Assembly: GCA_028534125.1 (NCBI GenBank)
Contig: CM052816.1
Span: 56,794,001 to 56,858,000, forward strand
Length of the DNA stretch: 64,000 nucleotides
Direction of reading: 5' to 3'
Source of the DNA: Lama glama
Lineage: Eukaryota
Part shown: in pieces, positions 10,042-23,620 of the stretch
How positions within the stretch are numbered: the stretch's first letter is position 1
How the letters are laid out: each line of letters starts with the position of its first letter
The notes under the pieces: generated by a model
What the model was told of the DNA's origin: nothing
Seen by the model: the letters and a program-made list of their open reading frames with translations, nothing else
The model's database searches: none
Made by a program: the position numbers and the translations under genes

Positions 10042-11924
10042 CTAAGAAAGGAAGGAAAAAAAAATTACTGGAAATTTTTGAGGCTTCATACACGTAACAA
10101 GAGATGAAAATCACAGTCAAAGATCTCAGCGCTGGGACAGGTCAGAGGCACGGCCTGGGGCGGTGAGGACAGGTCGGGTGAGTCAGCTGTGGGGAGAACA
10201 CGTCGGCAGCACCCGGGGATGACGTGAGGGGCGATGGGAGGAACCAGAGACATGGGCCAAACCCGCCCCTGCCACTCGTCCTCGCTGCTCCCCCACGTCA
10301 CCCCACCGGAAGGTTCTCAGGAACATGACACAAGACCCAGCAAGGAGACAGGACAGAAAATGCTGAAACCTGAAAGAAACACTGCCATGTTATGCACCGG
10401 CCCACCTGGACCAACCTCCATCCACACCCTAAGACACAGGGCTTGGGGGCCTGGAGATGGGGGCAGGACCCCCAAGGAGCGCAAGCCCCGGGCGACGGCT
10501 GGCCCACGCGGACGCCCGAGCGGATGCAGGCCGTCCCTGGCCGACACCGAGTGTGAGCCTTGGGCAGAAGCTGCCCTGAGCGCCCTCGGTTGTTTCTTTT
10601 CAAATGGATTCCCCACAGCCAGTGAAAACGTGAAGAGACAGAAATGTGCGTTGATGTGTCAAAAACTGCCCAAGATGGCATCAGTATATGTTCCACAGCA
10701 AACACACCAGCCAACTGGGGAGGGAAACCTACCAGCGACACAGACCCCTGGCTCCCCCGAGCCTGTGACTAAGCTCCGTGTACCAACTGCCTTGCTTGTG
10801 ACTATTTCCAAACACCCTGAGGCCAGAGCAAAAAGGACATGAAAATATACATAACTGACCAAAACACAAAGAGGCAGGGAACAAGAAGTACCCAGGCACC
10901 TACCCGCCGTGGCTATTAGCTGCCCCCAGCCTGATTCCCAGGACACAGTGCTCTCTCTTTTGCGGCCGGCCATGGGATGATGGATGGACTAGAGCAGGGA
11001 TATTGGGGAGATGCTAAGGAGATGGCAGCAGGAGCATGAGGGGCTGAACGAGGGCTGACCACGTAGGTTCAGGGCCAAAGACAGCCACTGGCCCCACGCA
11101 CTTACCGGGGGTCAGTCTTAACCCTACGCCCTAGTCTTTCAATAAAGACAACTGCCAAACCTCTGCAAAAAGCACATCAGGCAACGCTGGTTCTAATTAC
11201 AAAGCAAAACCTGAAATAAGGAAATAATTGTTTTGTAAATGGGCTGTAACAAAACTTAATTTTTATGCTGGTGAATAATTTTGGATGCAGCTTTAGAACA
11301 CTTAAATTTCCTGGCTAACAAGTTCTAGCAGTAAATAATCAGCATTCCAACTCACAGAAAAAGCTTTGTTATGAGGAGAGAACTAAAACACGATGAAAAG
11401 AGATAGCTGGCATTTTGCCGACTGTTTAATTTCCTAGTAACTATCTTTACAGTTTGGATATTTAGCACCAACCTGTGGTTTTTAACATTTAGTATTTATT
11501 GCAAATGACCAGTCCACCGGTGTCAGCTGTAACACAGCTAGATATCATGAACTGGTCACAGCTCCGAGCAAGTCTGACTTCTGAATGGGATGCCCTGAAC
11601 AGTTCTTGCACATGGTACAGCAAAACCAGGTTTCTGCAGTGGGCTTTCCTGTCATCGTTCTGGAAGGCTGCAGGTAACTGGGCAACGCCCAAACCCTGAG
11701 ACTGAAGATGCATCCTGGCAAGACTGAGGGTGCACTGAGGCCCACTGAGAATACACGCCTCCCAGATCCCAGTCACTGTCTATAGCTACTATATAAAAAC
11801 AGACTTTTTAGATATCTAAGATTTAATAAAGCACAAATGCTTTATTACTATATATACGTTCACATTTTTTACCCCAAGTTGTAAAGCTTTAGTTTGGACA
11901 ACTATGTAACAATTACCACCTGCT

Positions 11925-12151
11925 TACATTTCCCTGGACTTGTGACCAACTGGCTATAAATGAGGTGTTCCTACAACTCCCTCCTTGGGTTCAAGTAATT
12001 TGCTAGAGCAGTTCACAGAACTCAGAGACATTTCACTTATCAGCTTACCGGTTTATTGTAAAAGAATATAACTCAGGAATAGCCAGGTGGAAAAAATGCC
12101 AGGAATCAGAGAGAGACCAAATATATTTCTTATTATAAGTCACGATATCAC
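11925..12151 (-). mobile_element. MER21-like LTR fragment, internally deleted
   Basis: gaccaactggctataaat...ctccttgggttc...tttgctagagcagttcacagaactcag, and the terminal gaccaaatatatttcttattataagtcacgatatcac. Confidence 0.65.
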
Positions 12152-13762
12152 CATGTCCTAAGGAATCTCGGCCCTGTGCCCTTCCTGGTCTCCCTACTCA
12201 CTATCCTGCCACACGGTTCAGGACTGGAAGGGGAAAAAAGGAGGGTCAACACCTGGGACACAAGGTCATCCCACTGCAAATGATTCATCAAGTGTTTTTC
12301 ATAAAATGACAATCTCCCAAGAAACTGGAAAATAATCTTCACTCAGTCTTTGTAACTGTAAAACGTGCCACCATAAATTATTAAAGCATCTAGATTTAAT
12401 CTTCCCAAGTCTCTCCCAAGGTCATTAGTAATACTTACCTCAAAAGCGTTATGAGAAATCATGAATCCAACTTAAGACGTTGGAGGTTTTCATAATGAAA
12501 CAAACGTCCAACTTTTGCTGTATGTAGAGCACGCTCTACCCTTTGCAGAAGCTTTGTCACCAGGCACCCTGCTGCGGTCTGAGGGTCCCCTCCAAGGACA
12601 CACAAGGTTGCTGAGCTCTGCCCCTCTAAAGCTGCAGGTGGCGGAGCTCACCCTGAGCAATGCTGTGTGGCCAGGCCAAGCCTCTGCCGGGCTGGAATAT
12701 CCACCGCTGGGCTTCTGGGTGAGAAGCCACGGGGATGGCTGAGGGTTTCTGTATATTTAAAGGACAAGTACCCTGAAGCAAAATGAGGAAATACTGTATG
12801 CTAGAAAATTATACACTGACTTCCCAAAACCCAACAAAGGGAGGTGGTTCATACTCTGAAGAGCATGTTCCATTTTAATTGTTTAATAAAAATCTATATA
12901 GAGTAAGCAATCATCTCCGATAAATAATGTTTATGGCTAAACCTTTAGTTCAGTTACACAAAGCAAACATTTCACAAAAGTCAAACTGATAAATAACAAT
13001 GATCAGTTTTTTAAACAGACTGTTTACTTTGTAAAACCTATGCAGCCATGAAACTGGTGCTTATTCGTGAACATGCTTGAGAAAGGGAGTGGGGGCGTCA
13101 CCCAATCTGGTGAGTGGACGCATCATACCCCTGAGCACTGTCCACGAGGCTGACTGAAGCCCTTTTACTAGAAATAACATTCTGCTTTACTAATAATTAA
13201 AATACGTGAATATTCTTTAGTCTTCAAGATTCTACAAAAAGATAAAAATAATGAAGATGAACCGTTTTAAACCCTGAGGTGGGGTGTGCTATGCTAGCAC
13301 TCAATGCTGATGTCTGGGTGACCAGTCCCCATCCAAGAAGAATCTTCACTCAGAAACAAATGCTTGGCTATATCTTAAGAAATCCCAGAAGAAGATATCA
13401 TTCATTTTAAAATAAAATAACCCTAAAGGCAACTGCTTTAGATAAGAATTACAATGCAGTCAATAAATTAATAGGAAATCCAATACTGGAGTATTAAAAT
13501 CCAACGCCAGTGATGCTGGCTTATGGAAAATACAGGAAACAATGTTACAGAAATTACTGTTTTCTACCACCAAAATATTACAAAATCACCTTCATTCTAC
13601 TGGTGCCATTCTACCAGTTTCCAATCCATGTCCCCCAAGGTCCCATCACAGAAAAAGAAAGTACTACCCCAAAAGTACTGTTCCCAAAATCCTGAATCTG
13701 CTGTCTGCACTCTTAAGGAGCATGAGTTATTGTCCCTTACACAACAGTAAAGGGGCACAAAC

Positions 13763-13943
13763 CTTGATGAGAAAGGCTCTATCCCAAAAGTACTTCCTGA
13801 AGAGGTTAATATCCGCCTCCAGCAAATGCTCGGCTGTGTGGTTGAGCGTCAGGGTCAGTGTTTCTGATGAGTGAATGTACCGCAGGGAGGCGTCTTCGCT
13901 GAGCTGCACCCGGGAGAAGCCTGGGGACCGCCTGCCCTGGAAG
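13763..13943 (-). CDS. ARHGEF28: ARHGEF28 coding exon (about exon 6), 181 nt, phase 2 to 0
   Basis: gtttcag|CTTCCAG...ATCAAG|gtttgt; encodes (N)FQGRRSPGFSRVQLSEDASLRYIHSSETLTLTLNHTAEHLLEADINLFRKYFWDRAFLIK; phase is compatible with both neighbours. Confidence 0.96.
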
Positions 13944-13977
13944 CTGAAACATCACAAATCAAAACCGCCGATCTCAG

Positions 13978-14477
13978 NNNNNNNNNNNNNNNNNNNNNNN
14001 NNNNNNNNNNNNNNNNNNNNNNNNNNNNNNNNNNNNNNNNNNNNNNNNNNNNNNNNNNNNNNNNNNNNNNNNNNNNNNNNNNNNNNNNNNNNNNNNNNNN
14101 NNNNNNNNNNNNNNNNNNNNNNNNNNNNNNNNNNNNNNNNNNNNNNNNNNNNNNNNNNNNNNNNNNNNNNNNNNNNNNNNNNNNNNNNNNNNNNNNNNNN
14201 NNNNNNNNNNNNNNNNNNNNNNNNNNNNNNNNNNNNNNNNNNNNNNNNNNNNNNNNNNNNNNNNNNNNNNNNNNNNNNNNNNNNNNNNNNNNNNNNNNNN
14301 NNNNNNNNNNNNNNNNNNNNNNNNNNNNNNNNNNNNNNNNNNNNNNNNNNNNNNNNNNNNNNNNNNNNNNNNNNNNNNNNNNNNNNNNNNNNNNNNNNNN
14401 NNNNNNNNNNNNNNNNNNNNNNNNNNNNNNNNNNNNNNNNNNNNNNNNNNNNNNNNNNNNNNNNNNNNNNNNNNNNN
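13978..14477. other. Assembly gap (500 N)
   Basis: Run of exactly 500 N. Confidence 1.
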
Positions 14478-15233
14478 TGTTAAGTCAAGGAAATCACTAT
14501 ATAGGGTTCCTCCATTCATAAGTAAGTATAATGACCAGTTTGAACCAGTCCAAGTAACAAACATTAAAAGTGTTGGTATCATCACCAACACAGAGAACTT
14601 TATAACTGACAAATTATTTCATTTACATTATTTCTAGATCCTAAAAACCAGCCCACTGGCTGCACAATATCTTAAGGCCTGTCTGTTACTCTGGTTCAAC
14701 AAAAACATATTCTTTTTGATGAATGTGTGCAGTGCATAAAAGAAACAGTTTCAGTCCTCAAATGATTTAGGATGAAGACATATATGAAATAAATGATAAC
14801 TATATATAAAGTTATAAATTATGATTTATATTGTAAATTAATAATTTTAATCACAATTAATGTTATAAATTAATCATAATTGTAAAAAAGACCACACATA
14901 GAAGGCCTCACTAAAGAGGTGATATTTAAGCTAAAACCTGAAAGAGAAGCAGGGGTTAGGCTAGTGTTTCTCAGCTTTTCTTCTTATTATAACACCCCCC
15001 ATGCAATCTTTTAAGACATGGTTCCCTACTCCCTCTCCCCCATGAATGTTATGCCAAATATATCTGTGTATCTGTTTGTGTATGATACGCATATCTGTAC
15101 TTCATACCTGGGAACTAGTGGTAAAATATAAACCAATGTCAGCTTGTGGTTTGCTTATTTTAATTTTTCCATAATGCTTGGAAGACTTTAAAGAAACAGA
15201 CTGAGAGAGAATCTGTCAAGTAGCCAAACTCAC

Positions 15234-15417
15234 TTTGTGATGTCTTCAACCAGCTGGGAGTGTCCACCATGTAAAGCTAAATCTAATGGCGTGGCACCCT
15301 CCTCGTTGGGTAGAGCCAAGGCCTGGACACCCCCCGGGAGACACAGGAGGAACTGGGAGAGCTTGGCAAGGCCCCATCTCACAGCCAGGTGCAGAACAGA
15401 CTCCCTGTGTAGAGAAA
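15234..15417 (-). CDS. ARHGEF28: ARHGEF28 coding exon (about exon 5), 184 nt, phase 1 to 2, ankyrin-like repeat
   Basis: cttttcag|TTTCTCTA...ATCACAAA|gtgagt; encodes (V)SLHRESVLHLAVRWGLAKLSQFLLCLPGGVQALALPNEEGATPLDLALHGGHSQLVEDIT with ankyrin-type LHLA and GxTPLDLA motifs. Confidence 0.96.
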
Positions 15418-16604
15418 CTGAAAAGAAAAACATGGGGTATTAGTTCCTCTGTTTGAAAGGGCTGCCATACATATATCATATCAAAGACACTGTCTGAGTA
15501 AGAACAGTAATTGTAAGAACGTAGGAGCTGGTAGGAACCATCAGAAGCATCTAGTGCAGACACCTCGTCTTACAGATGCGGAGAGGTCAAGTGGCTTGTG
15601 CAAGGTCAGGGAGCCAGCAGGTACTGGGGCCAGTTCCGCGATGCTGCTCTACCCACTGTGGTGCACGCCCCCCTCACCTTCCACTCCAGTTCAGAGGGCT
15701 CATCCAGGGAAAACAAGAGATAGGAGCACACCATCCTCTGGACACAGACATCGCCAGCCTCCAAGGTGTCCTGTAAGGAAATGCTGCTACCCCCACAGCG
15801 CAGGCTCTCAGAGGCCAAAAGTGTCAAGGAGCCTCCATTTCCACCCTTCGTCTGCAGGCATGCTCCTCCCCAGACCAGCAGCAAGGACAGAAATGGGCTG
15901 CACGTGTCCAGAAAATGTGAGTCCGTGGTCTCCCTCAAACACCACAGAGGTGCTTTCACTCACCTAGTAGATCTTGGGATTACTCTAGTGTTGCCAAAGC
16001 CACCCCAGTGCTTTGCTTAAAAAGCACGGTTTGTGCCTTTTCATGTGCCCAATGACAGACGGCTCTTGGTTGGTCTGGGTTTGCACTGTTGATGCTCACG
16101 TCTGTGCCTCATGGCTGTTTCCTGACCATGTCATCTTACAGGCTGAGGGGACCCAGGAAGCTGTTCACTCCTGACACCTAGTATAATACCTAGCAAACTG
16201 AAGTCACTCAGTACTTACTGAGTTGAATGGCAACTGACTGTTAAAAATACCAATTATTTGTGTATGTTTAAATTGCCTAATTTATATAGAGTTTGTACAC
16301 CTGCATTTCTACTGCAGTGACTCAGAGTCTGGAACGCAGTTGGCCCACGATAAACATTACATTGGGAACATGTAAAAGAATACCTTTGCTAACATTAAAA
16401 AAAAAAAAAAACTGAGGCCCGAGAACCCCATAGACACCAAGACACACCTTAACAACTGAACACGAAAATCCTAACACTCTATAGATCTGTCAGAATAAGG
16501 ACACAGTTACACTCTGAGTCATACACAGCCTCCAGTTAAGTAACATCACTGACCGTGTGCGAGGTGAAGGAGATGCAGAGAACACTGCACCACATGGGGC
16601 GAAA

Positions 16605-16698
16605 TGCCCAAGAGGGTAGGACCTCACCTGACTTTTATCTTAGCACAGTGTCTGGCACCTGTAGGTACTCTATAAATATTGCTCATTGAATGAATAAG
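16605..16698 (+). mobile_element. LINE-2 3' end
   Basis: tagcacagtgtctggcacctgtaggtactctataaatatt...gaatgaat. Confidence 0.7.
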
Positions 16699-17084
16699 TG
16701 ATCAGTGGCTCTTTCCCTGATGAGTACCCAGGAAAGTCAGCTTTTAATACATGGCTACAGCTGCTATGTGGCATCTTGAGTTCTTCCACTGATACCTCTT
16801 GACTAGAATCTGTGAACACAAACTATGTACTCCCACATAGCTTGGCCGCTGAAGACTGAAACTACCTACTTCTCCACACAGCTTACTGCCCACACTAACA
16901 TGATTTTGCTATTTCATCGTCTTCGTTAGCACAACTTCACTAGTCTAGGAGACTCTTGCCAAGGCAAATGACTGATGATTCATTATAGGAATTTCCTCCA
17001 AGGCCCATCAACTCTAGTAGGAAGGACTGATAGTTTAAGCCCTAAAACTCCAATCCTTAACTACTATATCATGATCCTTATCCA

Positions 17085-17317
17085 GTCCTAATCCAACTGT
17101 CTTCCCTGCCACCCTGGCATCATTCCCCCCCTGCATTCAAAGACCCTCATTAAACCAAACTTCAAGTTCTCCATCAATTCAAATCTTGTCTCCCCAATTC
17201 AAGACGCTGCTAAGGCTCAGTGGAGGTGGAGTTCCCTCTTGCCGGGGTAGGCAACACACCCAGCTTTGTCTTACCAGCAGGCTGTGCTGATGAGATATGG
17301 GGAGCCAGCTTCCAACA
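17085..17317 (+). mobile_element. ERV LTR fragment (MER110/MER90-like)
   Basis: Ends ...cccagctttgtc...gatatggggagccagcttccaaca, resembling the recalled family terminus. Confidence 0.5.
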
Positions 17318-17646
17318 CAACTCTTAATTTGAAACCATCAGAAGGAAATACTGCAGTGCATGTGGATGTAAAAGAAAACTGCTCAGCTTACATTTTTTAT
17401 TGATTTATATTATTTCTGTATCTAGATCAATGAACCTAAGGCCTCTTATTTCAAATATGTGAATGAACCCTCATAGTGAAATGTCACAGACTTCACTGTG
17501 CACTTGCTCCATCATCCGTGTGACACAGCACAGATCTGCCTCCATGGAGGAAAATGACATCTGAAATGCCAAAACATCTGACAACAGACAAAGCAGTGCT
17601 CCTCTGCCAGACATCTGTTCTATATACTTGATATCTTCCAAATGCT

Positions 17647-18302
17647 ATTTTTTAAACTGAAGTATAGTTGATTTACAATGTGTTGATTTCCAGTGTACAG
17701 CACAGTGATTCAGTTACACATATATATATATTCTTTTTCATATTTTTTCATTATAGGTTATTATAAGATATTGAACATAGTTCCCTATGCTCTACATTAG
17801 GATCTTGTTGTTTATCTATTTTACATATAGTAGTTTGCATCTGCTAATCCCAAACTCCCAATTTATCCTTCCCCACCTCTTTCCCCCACCCCTGGTAACA
17901 GTAAGTTTGTTTTCTATGTCTGTGAGTCTCTTTCTGATTTGTAAGTAAGTTCATTTGTGTCATTTTTTTTAGATTCCATATATAAGAGATATATAGTATT
18001 TGTCTTTCTCTGTCTGAATTCCTTCACTTAGTATGATAATCTCTAGGTCCATCCATGTAGCTGCCAATGGCATTATTTCATAATTTTTTATGGCTGACTA
18101 GTATTCCATTGTATGTATATATCACATCTTATTTATCCAGTTATCTGTCAATGGACATTTAAGTTGCTTCCATGTGTTGGCTATTGTAAATAATGCTGCT
18201 ATGGACATTGGGGTGCATGCATCTTTTCAAACTGGAGTTTCCTCTGGATATATGTCCAGGAGTGAGATTGCTGGATTAAACGGTAAGTCTATTTTTAGTT
18301 TT
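17647..18302 (-). mobile_element. 5'-truncated LINE-1 (ORF2 end and 3' UTR)
   Basis: T tail then aaactgaagtatagttgatttacaatg...gtccatccatgtagctgcc...ggacatttaagttgcttccatg; antisense homologue of the L1 at 30076. Confidence 0.92.
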
Positions 18303-19829
18303 CTACAACAGCTATTAAAGAACTTTAATTATTTTGTCCTTTAAGTTTTTGACTTTCAAACTCATTTTATTAGAAAGTAGGGTTTCTATTCTTAATAGAT
18401 TCCCTACAAGACATATTTGATAACAGTTACATTTTTCCTTCTTAAATAATAATCAGGAAGAGACTTGTTAGGATCACATTCGCACACACACACACACACA
18501 CACACCAGTACACTGCCCAAAAGCCAGTCAACATGAGACTGCCACCAGCCACACTAGGATAGAATTTCTAAGTCATAGATCTCAGTCTGAACCTGGTGAG
18601 AAATGCCCATGGTTAAATGGGATAGTTTTCTTCCAAGAAAAATATGACCAAAAGGGAATATTTAAACCCTTTGGGTTCCCTTTTAAATATTATACCATTG
18701 ATAAAGGCAGTACAGTGTCAACCGTTTACATGGTACTCCCTAAGGTGCCTGGAGCAATGCCCTAAATACCCTCAAAACTGTAGTTCACTCTACCCAACCT
18801 GACCGATGTGTGACCGTGGGGAGAACGTGTTTCCTCCAGCAGGAGAGCTTCCCAGCCCTGTTCTGCTAGTCCAGTTCCCTGTTCTCTCCTTTCTGGCTCC
18901 ATCCTCACGGCGTCATGTTCAACGGGAGAGGACAGCACACACGTGGGACTGAACGCTCACTGCCGTCACTCTCCCTCCCTCCATATCTACCCGCCTTCTG
19001 GGCAGATGGAAAGACAGGGGAAAAGAGGATCTTCTGATTGTTGCAGAAAACAAAAAGCTCCTCAAAATGTTCGAGAAAGAGCTTTCTCATTCAGCAAAAA
19101 AGTTCAGCGCCTACAATCAGGCTAACAGTCTAAAAGAGGAAACATTGTGATGCATTATCCATCATTCTGCTTGTTATAGAATTTCAGATTCATAACAGGA
19201 GGTAGAAAAACAAGCTATGGGAAGGGGTTCTACAATTTAATAGACATGGGGGTGTTTAATTAAAATGAAGGGTTTTTTTTTAACCAAATAAATTTGCCCC
19301 TTCCTGCTTTGTTGGTACCAGGAGTTATCCGAACTAATGTAACTGAAACAGAATTACTAATAATTACTCTAATGGAAAACATTAAAAGGTGTGACCTGTA
19401 ACATCCTGGGAACAAGATCCCCCAGACAGAAAAAGGAACAGAGCAGGCTGGGACATTCAATAAAAACTTCCGTCACAGCATAAAGTGGGCTTCATCTGCC
19501 CCAGACAGGGAAGGAGCCTCGAAGCCCCTGTTGCTCACTCTGCCACACCTCAGTGTCTCTGCCTGGAGAACGAGGCTGTCACATCAAAGACTCAAGGTCC
19601 TAGGAGTATTCATCCCTGCCCTGATTTGGGGGGATCAAGGATCCATAAAATACAGCACACACCAGGAGACCTTCCAGAGCCTCTGAGGCACAAGAGCAGG
19701 GATGGCCAGTTTGGTTGTCAGTAAGGAAAAGTGATTTTATGTACTGTCAGTCCAAATTTGGGACCATTATCACACCTACACAGGGGCCGACTATGCCCTT
19801 AAGGTAGCAAGAAATTCAGGTTGGAAGAC

Positions 19830-20350
19830 TGAAAAGGAACTCACACACACTGCTAGAGGAAATGTAAACTGGCACGACCACTGTGGAAAACACAGTGGCA
19901 CAATCTAACAAATTCTAAGAAACTAACATCCTACAACCGAGCAATTCTGCTCCTACAGATAAACCCGAGTGAAGACTATGCTCTGTATGCACCTGGAAAC
20001 AGGCACAAAAATGTAAAATGGTCAAAAATAGAAGGGATCTTAATGTCCACCAACAACAGAGTAAGTAGTAGCATAACCTAATCTTATGCTAGTATTCTAA
20101 CACTAAAAATGAGTTACAGGCTGATAGAGAAGAAACTAAGAAATACAATGTTGAAGGGGAATGTCACAAAAGAATACAGAGTATGTTTTAACTAATAAGA
20201 AGTTTTAAAAAGTGGAAACTAAGCCATGTTATTTAGGGATGCACAGGTAGTGAAACTCGAAGGAAAAGCAAGGCAGTGGCTGCTGTAACAGGCAGCGTAA
20301 CACCTCTGACGGGAAAGACGTTGTCAATGTGACTGGGAAACGGCGAGGTG
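19830..20350 (+). mobile_element. Old L1ME-like remnant
   Basis: ggaactc...tgctagaggaaatgtaaactggcacgaccactgtggaaaac...gcaattctgctccta...aatgtccaccaaca. Confidence 0.65.
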
Positions 20351-20424
20351 TGTTAGTACTTCTGGGGTCCAGTGATGTCTGTATGTCTCTCCCTCTCTCT
20401 CCCCATTCCCTCCACATAGTTGGG

Positions 20425-20530
20425 TTCAAGGCCCTCCCCAGACAATTAAAATTAAAACTCTGCTGTGGGCCCCAAGTATCAACCTTTGCTAAAGATTCCC
20501 AAGTGAAGGGAATCCAGGGTTGAGATCTGC
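20425..20530. mobile_element. MER5-like hAT remnant
   Basis: ggccctccccagacaattaaa...actctg...gggccc...cccaagtga...ccagggttgaga. Confidence 0.5.
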
Positions 20531-20537
20531 TATTTTA

Positions 20538-20756
20538 TTTTTCCCCCCTGAGGGAGGTAATTAGGTGTATGTATGTATGTATTTACTTACTTATTTATTT
20601 ATTTATTTATTTACTTATTTACTTATTTATTCATTTATTCATTTATTTATGGTGGGGGTAGTAATTTGATTGATTTATTTATCAATGGAGGGGATTGAAC
20701 CCAGGACCTCTTGTGTGCTAAAAGTAGGCGTTCTACCACTGAGCTATACCTTCCCC
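20538..20756 (-). mobile_element. vic-1-type SINE with expanded, duplicated tail
   Basis: Minus strand ggggaaggtatagctcagtggtagaacg...cctgggttcaatcccc; TSD-like tgagatctgctatttta / tgagatttgctactttta. Confidence 0.88.
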
Positions 20757-23404
20757 ACTGAGATTTGCTACTTTTAATAAATAACTGGTTAACAAAATCT
20801 CTATCTATGCCTCCTTTTTATATCACTATCTCCCCAATCATCTTTTTAAATCTATTAGCTAAAAAAACCCACCCCTGAATAAGGCCAAAAAAAAGTTTGT
20901 GACTTTTATAAGTTATTTTTAATCTACATCACTTGCTGCTAAGCCAGGATATGGCTTTAAACACTGAGCAAAGTATTAAAACTAAAATGTGATGGGGATA
21001 ATAATCTAGAAGCCAAAGATACTTTTAAACAAGAAGTACTTTTCAGAAGTACTTTTACTTTGTAGGGTTTCTAATGTTTCATAACTCCTGAGTGGAGCCA
21101 CTGAAGTGTATTCAACACTATAAGTTTATGAACAAAATATAATTTTTAATTTATACAAATACAATCCATTAAAATAACTTCTACTCAGTTTCCAAAGCCA
21201 CGTATATATTCACGGAGGTCTCAGTTTGTGCACCATTTGGTGGACAAACCCTGAATGAAACTACTACCATAGGTGTGGCCCCATGGACACAAAGTTAGGC
21301 ATGATCCTTGTCTTTGGGAAGCATATAGCCAGCTCACTTTGGAACAAAATAAACATGTGGCCCATGAAATCCTGTCTGGTAAACTACAGCTCTAGGCTTA
21401 GACACAAAGAGTGTGAACAGAAACAAGGAAACTATCTGAACTACAAGGAAATTGCTCCACAGGTTAGCCACCCTACATCATGATTGCAGCATGATTTGAA
21501 AATTTACAGACATTTGTAAAATAACAACACTGATGAGCAAAAAGTAAAGAGAATGAAAAAATATTAGCAAAAATGTACATGGAGGGTAGAAGAGACTACG
21601 TGGCATGAACATCACACACAACCGCTGGTATTTTCCGGGACTCTCAGTGAGAACAGGAGGAGAGGCTGTGCATTACCGCACCTTCCCTTTAGGGAGTCTG
21701 ATCAGGGCTCTGGTGTGTGTTTAGACAAACTGGCCTTCCACACAGAAGATCAGGGGTTGGTGAGTCTAGGATGGGAACTGAAAATATAAACACACTCGTA
21801 GGAAAGATATGGAAACAGGACGTCGCATGGAGCACACCACCAACATGGCAGGATCACAAAGCCCAAAGGCAGGAGAGGAGTGAAACGAGCTCATGGGTGG
21901 TTTCAGCACCTGGACTTCTGTTCTGTATCAGGCACATTCAAGACACTCAGGTTACAACAACCTCCAGTGGAAAATCTGGGAAAACACCAACCACACAATC
22001 ATTCCGGAAAATTCACAATGTGATACACGATACTGGAATGTACTTTGTGGATTTTGCATCTCATACAGGTTGGTTGTAGTTTACCTTGTGGAACTAGTGC
22101 TCAATCAGTTGAATCACTAAAAAGTCCTTATCAGAACTCAAAGATGGCAATCCAATCTCCAGCCTTAACAATCTGGAGGCATTTCCAGACTGAATTATAC
22201 AGTGTGGGCATCAACATAAGATATTGAGAATCCAGACACAACACTGTATAGTGCAAAGGGAGCAGATTAAAGAGCTGAAAGATCTGGAGGTGGACACTTA
22301 CTGGGACGGAGCTTGGGGAAGATTACTCAATTCTCAAGCTTTCAGTTGCTTGATCTGCAAAGGAAAGGACTATCTGCTCAGCCTAGTACCCAGGACTGTC
22401 AGGGGGATGCTCATGAAAATAACACAGGGACAGGGTTCCCAAGAACTAATTGACGGGACTCACCAGTTGCACACATTTGTCTGATCCTTTTAATACAAAA
22501 ATAGAATGAACAGTCACTAAATGGAAACGTGCATATGTGAAAGTAGTTCTCCTCTGGTTAAAATCATAATTTTAGGGAACTAGCCATCTGCTTAAGAGAT
22601 GCTACAATTGCATCCATGTAAGACACCAGCTGTGCCATTAGGGCAAATGTGCTGCAGACCCAGGCCTCGGGCAGCAGGCGGTCATTCGGTGCTGCAAGCA
22701 GGAATTCTGTCATACCCTCTTGGCCAGCCTGTGCAATAGATTTTTCTCATTTGTTAATGTGTCTTCAAGGCTCTGAGTCACATCCACCAATCATTCATTC
22801 AGTAGATATTTGCTGACAGCCTCCTATGCACCAGGCAGTCTTCTGCTCTCCCCATACCCCACACGGGGGCCTGTGAAATTCCCAGGCAGCCTCCCAACTG
22901 ACCTTCCCAGAACCCTGTTCTGTTTGGGAAACAAATGAAAACACACTGCAGTCTAATTTTATTAGTGACAAGCAGAAAAAGCATAGACTCATCATATCTT
23001 GGAAACAGCCTTCTGAAGCTCGCATTAGGAGCCCGAATTCAAGCACAACCAGGATACTGGCTGCACTGAAAGCCAGAGCCCCAAGCCCAGACCGAGAAAT
23101 ATCAGCCTTTGTGGGTCTGAGCTACAACTTTACTGGGAGACCTTATCCTCTCCTTCCGCACAGAGGCAACTTCTCTCTGGTGAGAGGAGGAGGAGGTACA
23201 TGGGATAAACCAAACAGGTAATCAGTATATAGACACAGCCTACCTGGGATGACAGTGGGGGTGGAAGGTTGGGAAAGTTAACCAGAAGTCCAGGTGGCGG
23301 CCGCTGTGCATGAATGGAAATGCAGCACCACAAACACCTCTACTTCATTCCTGCTCAGTGCCCATGAGGACCGGGCCGTGGCAGTCCTTACCTCCATCTG
23401 ACAT

Positions 23405-23620
23405 TTATTAAGCAATTTATATGCATTTCCTCATTTAATCCTGAGAGGCACTTCACAAGGCAGGGGCAGAAACTCACCTGCCCCATTTCCCTGGGACCAA
23501 AACTGAGGCTCAACACAATTGTGCAATTAACTGCCGAAGCTCACTCGGAGTAAACAGAGCATCAAGGACTTGAACTCAGGTTTCTCTTTCTCCAAAACTC
23601 AAGTTCCTACTATTACGCCT
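23405..23620 (-). mobile_element. MIR SINE
   Basis: ctcatttaatcct...cccattt...aaaactgaggctca...gacttgaactcagg. Confidence 0.65.

Noticed and set aside
10234..10842. 202-aa plus-strand ORF and overlapping ORFs
   Set aside because: Stop-poor, GC-rich intron sequence with ORFs in several frames and no recognisable protein similarity.
13871..14612. ORFs of about 200 aa spanning the first gap
   Set aside because: Artefacts of translating N runs.
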